Shown here: positions 11,101-23,100 of the stretch, in pieces
Layout: the number at the start of each line of letters is the position of its first letter
How positions within the stretch are numbered: position 1 is the stretch's first letter
From: Puniceicoccaceae bacterium
GTDB taxonomy: Bacteria > Verrucomicrobiota > Verrucomicrobiia > Opitutales > Oceanipulchritudinaceae
Length of the DNA stretch: 64,000 bases
NCBI GenBank assembly: GCA_040830765.1
Contig: JBFOMH010000005.1
Span: 128,001 to 192,000 of the forward strand
Direction of reading: 5' to 3'
Made by a program: the position numbers and the translations under genes
The notes under the pieces: generated by a model
What the model saw: only the letters and a program-made list of their open reading frames with translations
What the model was told of the DNA's origin: nothing
Database searches by the model: none

Positions 11101-14100
11101 GGGTGACCACGATGCGGTCGCCTTCTGCCCTGGTGTCATCCGGGGCAAAGACAAAGACTTCCTGATCGGCATCCCAGTTGGTGGAGTCAAAGACCAGGAC
11201 CACCGCCCGGTTGTCGATTTGCGTCGGCACTCCATTGATGACCACCGTCCGCTGGAATTCGGCATCCAATGGATTGTCGAGGTCGGCCGGGGCCACCGTA
11301 CTGAGCCAGATGGAGTCCCCTTCCCCATTGGTCAATGGTAACGGATTGCTGAAGCTGTCGGCGGCTTCCTGCTCGGAATTCCGGGCAGCGGATACGGTGA
11401 CATAGACAAATGTCCCCGGCGCGGGTGCGGTGGCCAGGCGGACGGAATAACTGTCGACCGGCACCGGCCCGCCTTCCTTGACGGCGGTGAATCCGTTGCT
11501 CTCGGTAATGACGACGGCACCCTGTTCGCCGGTGGCCACGTTGTAGTCAAAGCCATCGGTAATGAGGCCGTCGTAATTGGGATCATCGGAACTGACCAGA
11601 TGGTCAACCGCCCCACTCAGGCCTTCCAGTTCAAGGGCGACAATGTCCTCGGTGACATCACCGGTCACGTTGATGGTGTCACTGCCGAGGCCACCAATGA
11701 CCCGGTAGGCCACACCAAAGGCGGTCGACTGGACGAAGAATTCGTCGTCGCCCTCAAGGCCATCGATTTCCACCACCTCGACCGTGCGGTAACGGACATG
11801 GAGACCACTGCCGAAGATACCCTTGTCCGTGATGACAAAGTCGTCAGCGAACTCGGTGCCAAGGATGACCAGCTTGTCGAAGCCGGTCCCGCCTTCGACT
11901 GAGACGGGAGCATTGATGTTGTAGCGGACCTCGTCCTCGCCACCACCGGCACGGATGTCCGGTTCGCGGGCCACGGAGAAGCCCAGTCCGATGATCGGGA
12001 CGGCGACGCCGTCCTCGTCGACCGGCAAGACATCGTCGCGCCAATCGTCGGTCATGTTGGCATCCGCGGCGTTGGCCACGCCATCGCCATTATTGTCCAT
12101 GGTCGGATTGAGGATGTCATTGATATCCTTGACCCCATCGCCATTGGCATCGGTATCGACCACCGCCGCGATGGCGAATGCCCGGACGACAAACTGGTCA
12201 TTGCCGTCATCTCCCTCGAGACGGAGCTCTGCCTGGTTGGAATAGACCGTAAATTCGTCATTACCGGTACCACCGTGGACAACCATCGGGGCATGCGTAC
12301 CCGGGCTGAGCCAGCCACGGGTGGTCGGGACAAGGTCGGGGAAGATGTCCTGCTCGAGCAGGAGGCCTTCAGCTGAGTCCCGCTTGAGTCCGAAGACCTG
12401 TCCGATCTGGAAGGTGTCATCACCGGAGCCACCATCCAGTTCGACGATGGCCGTGGTGTCATCGGAATAGAAGACATCATTCCCGCCGAAGCTGTGGACG
12501 CGGACCCGTCCGTTGAGCGCAGTGTCGTAGTTGATGCGCTGGACTTCATTGGAGGCCTCATTGCCGGTAATAGTGTCGAGATACTGTTCAACCGCTCCAT
12601 GCAGCATAGCCACGTAAGCCGGGCGGTCTGCCACTTCATTGGGCAGATAGTCGGCGGCCCGGAGGAGGAAAATGTCGTCGTTCGGGAACGGCTCGCCGGT
12701 GGAAGGATCGATCCCCTCATCTGCCGTATCAAGGCCGAGGATGAGGAGCTCGTCCACACCGTCGTCTTCAGCACCGGTATCGAGGACATTGATGACGTAG
12801 TTACGCTCATCTGCCCCGTTGCTTCCGAGGGTATGGACCTCGTAGTAATCAGTATCCGCCTGGCCATCTAGAGTAAGGGTGTGCTCCGCAGTGGAGATGT
12901 TGGCCGGGCTAGTGGTTACGGAAGCATCCTGCAGATAGAATACGCGGAAACGGTCCTCACCATCATCGCCACCGGAATCGGCATCCTGACTGCCATGGAC
13001 CCGGGTCTTCGAGCCGATGAAGATATAGCCCGGACTGCCCTGAGTTGTTGTTCCGCCAGCACCACTTGCATCCCCAAAGTCAATATGGTCAACATCGGTA
13101 TGGCCCCAGATTTCCGTAAGGTAGACCGGTGCAGTAAAGGTCGGGATGGCTGAGCCAACCGGGCTGCCGGCCGTAACGTCAGCACCGGCAATGATACGAC
13201 CACGGAGGATGGTTTCTGTTCCAAAGCCAGAATCGAGATTCACGTGGTCGACGAACATCGTGATGTCTTCGGCCGCTAGGATTTCACTGTTCGGCTCGGT
13301 GCGGATGTCGTCGCCAACCTGGAGCAGGACCCAGCCCATCTCGGCGAAAATCTGGCCATTCGGAATTTCACGCAGAGCATCCGGATGATTGTCCGGAATC
13401 GTGGTATTGGTCTCGGCGAATCGTGCCGTACCGAGACGAATCAGCTCAAGGTCTTCATCAAGATCGGAGGACTCACGGACGGTAATCCGGATGTCACCCA
13501 TATACGCATGTGCAAGCAGGAGTCGGAGGGTTCCGTCTGTTTCGGTGACAAATATACTATCGGTTGCCTCCATGGCGACATCGTCACCGGCCTCGTCAAG
13601 GGCCACTGCCGGGGAACCGCGTGAGGAGTCGATTTCCAGGTCGTTGGCCGACGCTCCAATACTGGAACCGGACCCATTAGCATCCAAGTCAATCGCCTGT
13701 CCAAGGATGTTGACTGCCTCATCCCCTGCCCCGTCGTTGCGGGAATCAAGAATGGAACCACCAACGGTCCGCAGGGAAATGTCATTAATACTCTCGACAG
13801 TATGGACATGCAGGTCGCCATCCACCTCATCAATATAGATGCCCTGCGTGGTATTGGCCGTGTAGTCGAATGCCCTGAGGGTTCCCAGTTCACCACCGGT
13901 AGCGCCGTCGATATCGACATCAATCTCAAGGAAATTATCCGGCAGACCGATACCGCCGACCGGTAGATCCGCATCCAGTGGCATCGGATCATCATAGGTC
14001 CCCGGCGGATTCACCAGACCTGTGCCACTGACGAGCGTGATATTGACACCGGATACGTCCGCTTCGGAGCTTAAGGCGGTGTCATTCCGGGCATCCAGAA

Positions 14101-17100
14101 TGGTCGCCGGAGCATACAGGAGGACATCATTTCCGGTCGACTTGATCCGCTCGACCCGCATGTCGCCGGTCTTTTCGGTCAGGGTGATGTCACCATTTGT
14201 GAGAATGTCGATGTCGCCCGTAGTCAGGATTTCCGAGATACCGAGCACATTGACCAGAGTCGCGCCCGGATCCAGCTCGGAGGACAGGAGGATGATATTT
14301 CCACCGGCAACCAATCCCGGCAGCGTCGGTTCGCCTTCGGTATCGATCTGGCGATAATCGTAGGTGCTGTCGACTTCATCGGGTGCGGTTGCATAGGCGC
14401 CGAAGTTGAGGGCCTCCGGCGGGAGGATGTCCGGTACGTAGAAATTGAAATAAGCCAAACCACCCGGTTGACCCGGATGCTTGATGAGCACGCCACCCTT
14501 TTCACCCACATCCAGTTCCTGGACAGTCGGGCGCATGAGGATGTCGATGTCATTACCGGCAGTAACCGCGTCCACCTCGACAAAGAAGGTGTCCAGGATG
14601 CCCCGCTGCCTGCCGAGGAGATCGAGATAAATATCCGTTGCCGCATTGACGGTGAAGCGGGTCACCGGAGTGAGGCTGTGTTCATTGAAGTCGCCACCGG
14701 CCTGGGCAATATTGATCGGCAAGCCGCCTTGCGTCTCGGCCAGTTGGATAGTCAACCGGTCCTCGGAAACAATGGCGTAGTAATGGCCACCATTGGTCAG
14801 ACCGCTGATCGGCGTTGCGCTGGTATCATACCTGACCAGCTGGCCGGTGAAGAACTGATGGTCAAAGCCAAGGAAAATGGTATTCGTCTCATCAATGACC
14901 CGGCGGGTCTGGAAGTAGACTTCTCCCGGTACGCCCGGACTGTCGATGATGTCAACATTGAGGCGCATATCATCTTCGCCGACCTGACCAGTTGGGGAAT
15001 CGAGACGGAGAATATTTGTCCGGATGAGGGAAGTCGGTGAACCAGTCCTCGCGGCTGTGCCGACAATATCACTCTGCGGACTGACGATGGAAGTGGTACC
15101 AATGGGATTCTCAATGACACCATTCACATGAACGCTACCTGTACCAGTGTTGGTGATATCCACCAGGCTCGGCGTGACATCCTGCTCAAGGGCAAAAGTA
15201 ATGGTTCGCGACGTACTCGGATCAATCCATGACAATGGCTGGCGGGTACCAATGACATTGATGCCGTTAACCTGGAGGTCCTTATTCGAATGATTCGTGA
15301 TGACTACCTTCGGCAGGGAGTCCCTGAATTCCCAAGTGCCACCAGATCCAGCAATACTGGTTGTGGCCCGGAAGACAACGTCCCCGGCGCCAGGATTGAC
15401 GATATCGTTGACACGGATGATGTTGTCCAGGATCGGACCGGAAGTCTTGGCTGAGTCATCCAGGTCGTTCACACTGGTTTCGATTGCGGTGACGATATTC
15501 CCGGCCTCATCGATCGTCAGTTCAATTTCAAGAATCGGAATGCGTCCGGAGAGGATGAGGATATTCGAACTGAAATCGATTTCCTCGTCCCGGCTCTTGC
15601 TACCGCCCTGGCTGCTGCCACCACCGGCAAGCGAGCGCTTCTTGGCCCGTGCGCTTTCATTGGCGAGAATCGCTCCGGCAAGATTGGCTGCATTCAGGTA
15701 AAGGGCAAGATGATCGGATTCCGAGGGGTGTTCGAGGTTGGCATCCAGGTCGGCTCGAGGACCTGTTGTGATAAGGGCTTCTGTCGCTCCGTAAATCTGG
15801 TTGACCAGATTGGTGTTATTGGTGGCCCTTGCTCCAACCCAGCCAAATAGACCGGAAGACTTGACGAAGGACTTGGCGAAGGTGCGGATGTCGGGATCAT
15901 TTGCATCATCCAGATCGCCATAGCGGGAAATGATGTCGACTCCCTCGAGTGCGGTCAGGCGAACCTGGGTCCCCATTTCAACGCGGTTACCGGCAGCAAC
16001 ATTGATGCGCGTCGAATCACTGGCAGCCGCATAGACCCCACGGCCCACGGCATCACCCTGTGCCCGGACATTCATCTTCGGGGTATGGGCTTTCAGGACA
16101 ACCGTATTGGCTGAGAGAATAGCTCCATCCTCAAGCACGACCTTGTTGGTGCCGTTGTCATCACTGTCCAAACCGTCGATAGTGATGCGGTTCTGGGAAC
16201 GGGCATTGCCACCGGCTCCACTGCCACGGGACTTGGCCTTGCTGAAGGCATTGACTTCAGACTCGGCAATCACCGAGGCATGGTCATTAACAAGGATATC
16301 GGCATTCTGGCCAATGCGGGCAATCGTGCTGAATGCGATATCCGTATCGCTGTCCGCATTGGATATTGCCACAAATCCACCCGTACGGGCCTTGGAGGAG
16401 ACATTGGAATTGAGCTCTGCCTGGGCATGGACCGAGAAGTCGTCCCCAACAAGGATACGGGTCCCGGTGCCAATCCCGGCTTCGGTAATGACTACTTGGT
16501 CACTGTCAACTTTGGCCGTTCCAAGGGCGGCCGCTCCGCCAGTGTCGTTCTGGCTGTGTGCGGTGGCACGGGTACGGGTGAAGCTGCTGACATCAATATC
16601 ATTTCCGGCACTGACAAAGGATCCGCCGAGGGTAGCAATGACAGTTGCGTCGAAGCGGATGGAGGCATCGTTGACATTTAATCCAATAAAGCCACCGCCG
16701 GAGCCTTCGGCCCGGGCTGCGGAGGTGCCGTCACCGGAAAGCGGGGCAATCGACTGCAGGGGAACCTGATCCGGTCCAAGGAGGACCTGGTCGCCCGGAA
16801 CCGGAGTCACCAGATCCAGCCGCAGGGTGTGCTCGCCGGAGGAGGAGCCAAGGTCGACAACCGGGGCAAAGGAGTGTTCAATGCCACTGCCAAGGCCGGT
16901 CGTTTCAAGAACGATTGCCGGACCACCCGGTGTCAGGGAGATGGAGAAATTATCGGCATCAGTTACCGTCACATAGTAGGTCCGTCCGTCCTGGAGGCGT
17001 CCACCACCGTCGATGCCAAGCGGCGCTTCACTGAGGCGGATGAGGCTGTGAACATCGGCACCGCTGTTGTGGTTACCCTGCGGGAGGGATTCGGTAATGG

Positions 17101-20100
17101 TCCGTCGTCCGGACTCAGCTACCAAGGTATTTCCCACTGTCAGTGTGATGACACTACCAGTAATGTCGGCTATTTCGTAAATGGAGAGGTTGTCATCACT
17201 GCCGCCGATGTGGATTCCGGAGCCGACGGTAAAGACACTATTGGACCAGTCGCCGTCGTTGCGGGTGATGGTGTCGCCGGCTGCATCCAGGGCAATTGTC
17301 ACGTCTCCGGTAATCGAGGTCTTGACCGGTGCCAGCGGGATGATCGGTTCATCGAAGGTCTTCTGGACCGGATTGGAGACGGTGATGATCTCGGAAGCGC
17401 TTGCTACTGCCTCAACCGAAGTCAGGACAATGGTGTCACCGGCAACGGACGTTGTTGCGATACTGTCAATAGTGTAGGTTCCATTGTTGGCACCTGATCC
17501 AGTGACGACAATGGTCTGACCCGTGACAAGGTTGGAATTCCCCCAGTTGCCTCCATCGGTCCTGACGATCCGATCCAGAACATCCGGCATTCCCGTGGCC
17601 CCGCGGACCCAATTAACTGGAGCAGTAATCCGGGTCGCTGTAACGGTATCCGCAACAGTAAGCGTCAAGGTGTCGCCGCTGACGCCAAGAATTGTGTACT
17701 CACCACTGTTGATGCCCGCGCCGCTAATAAGCAAAGTATGGCCGGCATCAAAGCCGTTATCGAGCCAGCTCTCTCCGCTGGTGCGGATAATCTGGTCACC
17801 GGTGGCGCTGCGGACAAAATTGACCTCTTCATTGAGGAGCAGATCATTGTACTTCAGTTGGATGGTGTAGGTATTTACGACGACAGCCCGGACAACCAGT
17901 CCGTCCTCGAGGCCACCAATGGGGATGGCCGCCGTGTCTTCCAAGGTACTGACGCCATAGAGCAACTTGTCGCCATCGCTGTAGCCATGGGAGACAGGCG
18001 TTACATCCTCGGGATCATAGAAGACGACATTGTCGCCATCGACAAAGTCGGTGATGTTGACTGCCCCACCGGAAAGGGTTCCGCCGACGACGTCGGCTTG
18101 TCCAACATTGAACTGCAAGGCATCCGGCGAATCATAGGTCACTGCCTGGCCGTTTGTGAAACCGTGTCCCGGGAGATTGACATTACTCCCGGAAACACCT
18201 GCCGGGGTAAAGACCTTGGTGAAGGCTGTTGGATCATCCGCCTGGGCCTGCGTGGAGACCAGCCGGATGCGGAATTCGTCCACTGTAATGACGTAATAGG
18301 AATCAGTGGGATTTAAACCACCAACGTTTGGCGCACCATCCAGTGCTTCATACTTCAGGCGGTCACCGTCCTGGAAGTTGTGCGCGATGCCAAAGAGGAT
18401 TGTATCGAAGGTGGCATTGACGCCGCTGCCGGATCCCGGTGCCACCGGATCGCCAAGGAAGCCTGTCCCAAGGGCCAGGTTATCCTGATCAATCACGAGC
18501 ACGTTATAGCGTCGGACGAATTCATCATCGTCAATGACTTCAGTTGCCTCCAGGTCGCCGCCATCCTTGGAAACCTCAACGGTATCCCCGGTTTCCAGGT
18601 TGTGGTTATTAACGAGGAGGCTGTCCTCCGCGAGGTCGGCGGAGATGATGACGTAGTCCGGAATGTTGTCTGCGACGATGGGGTCCTCAATCGCGGCCAT
18701 GTTGATGCTGCCACCGACAATGATCGTCGATCCGGCACCGACATTGGCCGTTACCTGGGCATTGACATTCGCGGCGGAATCCGATCCGCCGACTCCAGCG
18801 ATCAGGCCGAAAGTCACTCCACGGGTAACGGCATCCGCCTCTGGGGAAGCAAAGGCAAGGATATTGAGATCGCCGCTGCTGTTGACAATGGCATTCGTCC
18901 CGACGCCGGCCTCAACAATGGTCAGGACATTGGCATCGGATTCGTTGAATGTACCGGAGCCCAGCCCACCCGAAACTGCCCGGGCCCGCGCGCCAACACG
19001 GTCAACCCCATTGGCCTCGATAACAACGGAACCAACCCCAGGAATCGCCTCGGAACCAGCAAGACCGGAGAAGGTTGCCGTAGTAGTAGATTCGACATCC
19101 GCAAAAGCCACACTGGCGCCAAAGGCGACTATGCCACCGGAAGCGGCTTTGGCATCGGCAATGGCGTCGGTCACAGAGTTGGCAAGAATACTCAGGTTGC
19201 CGGATGCGGAGACATTCGTACCGGAGCCGATGTCCGCGAGGACGGAGGAAACCGTCAGGGCACGTGCGGTTCCACCGGCGGCACCGACAATCAAGCCACC
19301 ACTGGCCAAGCGCGCGTCGGCCCGATTCACCCCGACAAGGGAGGCATCGATAAGGATATTATTTGCGGACAGGCTGCTGTCATCCCCGACAAAGGCTTCG
19401 ACATTGACGTTGAGCTGGGATTGCGCGATGGCACCGGCAAAGCCACCAAAGAGTGCGAAATTGGAACCCGTGCCAAATGCCCGTACCGACGCCGTTGCCG
19501 TTGCGGTTACCGCAAGGTCGCCGGAGGTGACGACGACATCGGTGGCCTCCCCGATATAGGACCGGACGCTCATCGATGAATCGGCCCGGGTATCGGTGAA
19601 GGATCCGGATCCGCCTAGGGCGAGACCAAACATTTCACCGGTTACAAGGACATTGCTGTTTCCTGTAGCGGAAATATTTATACTTGAAGTGGCAACCAGG
19701 CCTGTGTTCCCACCCGGGATGCCAATGGCACTTTCCGGACCACCGGCGGCTTCGACCAAGTGGGCGTCGCTTGCCTCGACGATAGCACCGCTGGCTTCGG
19801 CCAACGCGAGACTCAGGCCTTCCGTGGTAGCCTCTACTGTGTTGCTGGCATTTGCCAGGATTTGGATTTCGGAGGCGTTCAACTGGGCGGCTTCACCAAC
19901 CAGTGCCCGGGTCACACCCGTCAAGTCAGCATCGACAATCATGCCACTGAAACCAACCGCGGCAACATTGTCCTTGGTGCTGGAGGCCTTGACCTTATTG
20001 ATGCTGTTCGCATCAACAATGATGGAGCCGGCAGTGGTTACGGTGGCCCCGGATCCGATGGAGGCGATCACCTTTGAGTCCTGCTCTGCCAGTGCCCCCG

Positions 20101-23100
20101 TCAGGCTGCCGCTGAAGAGTGCCCCACTCTCTGCTTCCACGGATGAGTCGGTTCCGACTCCAAGGACACCTTGACCAAGGTCAGCCTCGACAAGCAGGGA
20201 TCCAGCATCGACCGATGCACCATTCCCGAGGAAGGCCGAAACCGTCGGCCGCAAGCGGGCGAATGAGGAGGACCCACCGCCAGAGCCAACGGCAATGGAT
20301 ATCGTCTCGGTGGAGGTAACGGCATCTCCGATGAATGCGGAAGAAACGGTCACTGCTCCAGTGGTATAAATTTCAGAATTGGCCCCAACGAGTCCTTGGA
20401 CGAAGGAACGGACATCGGTTTCCGCCTTGTTCAGGCTGCCTTCGAACAAGCCACCGGCGGCTGCCTTGACAACGGCCTGGGCTGCTTCGGAGCTGTAGGC
20501 ATCAACAGTCACGGCCCCGTTCGATGGACTGCCGGGAGCCCCGATAGAGCCGTCAAATACTGCCCGTGTCGTGGCATTGAGCTCACCCTTGGCGTAACTG
20601 CCACCAAAGGCCGCCAGGCCAAGGCGGTCACCGCGGGCATCGGCAAAGACCCGGTTTTCGGAAAGCGCGAGAACATCGACATCACCCGTTGTTTCAACCG
20701 TGGAACCATCACCAACCTCGGCGCGGACACTGGCATCGGTCAGGGCAATGGCCTCGCCACCATTGATGGCAGCGAGAAGAGCTAGCCCGCCCAACTCTAC
20801 AAAGGCGTTGTTTATGGAACCAAAGTCAGCCGTGACGGTTATGTTGGATCCGACAAGGAGTGCGCCGGCTCCGGTGAAGGCACTGACCTCTGTGCTCAGC
20901 GTCGAGCTGACCTGGGCTGTTCCTACCGCAACCCCAATGGATACATTGGTACCGGTTCCATTGGCATCAATCTCAACATAGCCGGTGGCATCAACCATCA
21001 CCGAACCGCCATTCAAAGCCTTGGCATCGACCGCTTCGCCCAGGTAGGCCCGGACACGGGCGGTTGAGAGCGCTTCCGTATCACTGAAGGACCCGCTGCC
21101 CCCCAGTCCGATACCGAGCATCTCGCCGGTGGAGCTGATGGTCCCGGTCAGGGTTGCCGAAACAATTATTCCATCGATACCGGTCGACTTGAGGAAAGTT
21201 GTTGAGCCACCCGCTCCGGTTCCCTCTTCCGGACCGGCATAGGCCTCGACGATCTGGTTGTCGATCGCCTGGACGCGTGCCCCGGCCCCTTCAATCAGTC
21301 CGAGACTGACGCTGCCGATTAGTGCGGTAACGGTGTTGGTGACTAAGGAATCAACCAGAATATGCGAACCGAGGAGGTTAGCCCCGTTGCCGACAATAGC
21401 CCGGGTGCTGCCAGTCAATTCAGCAACCACAAGGAAAGCGCTGAGCTCAAGGGCCGCAGCTGAGGCACTTTCGCTGAGGGCCAGGGCGCTGTTTTCACCG
21501 CTTGCCACAACCTGAACGAGGCCATCAGCGAATACCCGGGCGTTATCGCCAATCCGGGCAGTGACATTGGAGGCATGAATGGCATTGGCTTCGGCCTTGC
21601 TGAGATCAAAGAAGGCAGAACCGCCCTCGGCCTCGACAACCGCACTGCTGCCCAGGCTGGCCGGATCAATCAACTCAAGGGCTGCGCTGACGGATACGGA
21701 AGCCGCATCAATCTGGACATTGTCCCCGACAAAAGCACTTGCTGTCGGTTCCAAGCGCGACAGGGCTTTCGATCCACCAACAGAACCAGCACTCAAGGTC
21801 TGTTCCTCAGTACTGGCTGTAGACTCGCCACGTGACGTGCTCTTGATTGTCACCGATCCGGTTGTATCGACCGAGTACCCATTGCCGATGCTGGCAAACG
21901 ACTTTGAGCGCACCAGCGCTTCGGCCTTGTTGATACCGAATTCCGCCAGTCCTCCGGAGGTTGCCTGAATTGACGCCGTGGCGACATCCCGGCTTGCGGC
22001 ATCAATCAGCAGGTTGGCTGTGGAACCGACCAGCTCGCTGTTCAGGAGAGCCTGGGTGGTGACGTTGAGATCGCTCTTTGCCAGACTGAGGCCCACGGCT
22101 ACGATGCCGCCCACTGTATCCCCGCGGGTATCGGCATTGGCAGTGTTGTTGGACGTTGCGAAAATGGTAACGCCCGACCCGGCAATGACGGAAGCACTGT
22201 TGCCAATTTCCGCCCGGACGTTTGCGTTCGAGGAAGCCAGGGCATCACTGAATGTACCGCTGCCAAGCAGGGCCATGCTGCCGACCTTGAGCAAGGTATC
22301 ATTATTGGATGTCAACCGGGCTAAGACCTGCACCTCATTGGCCGTGGTCTGGCCACCGCCACCCAGGATTTCGGCGCTGACATCAGTATCAAGCACGCCG
22401 CGAATCCGTGTGCCGAGGAAAGAGGCTCCACCGGATGCGCCGACGCCACGACCTATTGCATCGACATCCACATCGGCATCTGCTTCCACCCGGATGGTTC
22501 CGCCAACATCGGCCACGACCTTGTCACCAAGGAAGGCGTAGACTTGTGAGGTACTGGTGGCAGTCGCATCAGTGTAGCCACCAGAAACGAGGAAACTGAG
22601 GGAATCCATGTTCCCTGCGGCAATAACCGTGCTGTCGAGTTGGGCCCAGACTTCGACACTGCCAGTCACAATCAGATTGGTAACATCACCCGTTCCCAAG
22701 CCTGAGGCCGGTCCGACTGAGGCTTGCGACAAGTGGTTGTCGGTTGCGGACACAGAGGCTCCTGCTCCTGTACCAAGACCAAGGCTGACGCTGTCAAGAA
22801 TAGCAGACACATTGTTAATGGCATCCGTGATGAGGGAGATAAATCCTGCCCGGATGAAGGCACCCTCATCGATCGTTGCCGTGGTGCTGCCATTCAGCTC
22901 AGCCTTGACTTCGAATGCACCAAATGCAGCTGCGGAGATACTGGCCGTGTCACTCTTGGCGTGCGCGTTATTGCTGCTTATGGCCTGGAGGCTGACCGTA
23001 CCAAGCGTATTGATAATTACCCCTTCGCCAATGCTGGCGTTGACCGACACATTGTGAATGGCATGCGCTTCGGCCTTGCTGGCATCAAAAACGAGAGCTC

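Noticed and set aside
15635..15649. Basic RAKKR patch in the acidic giant protein as a furin-type site
   Set aside because: P4 is Ala, so it is not the R-x-K/R-R consensus, and there is no other support.
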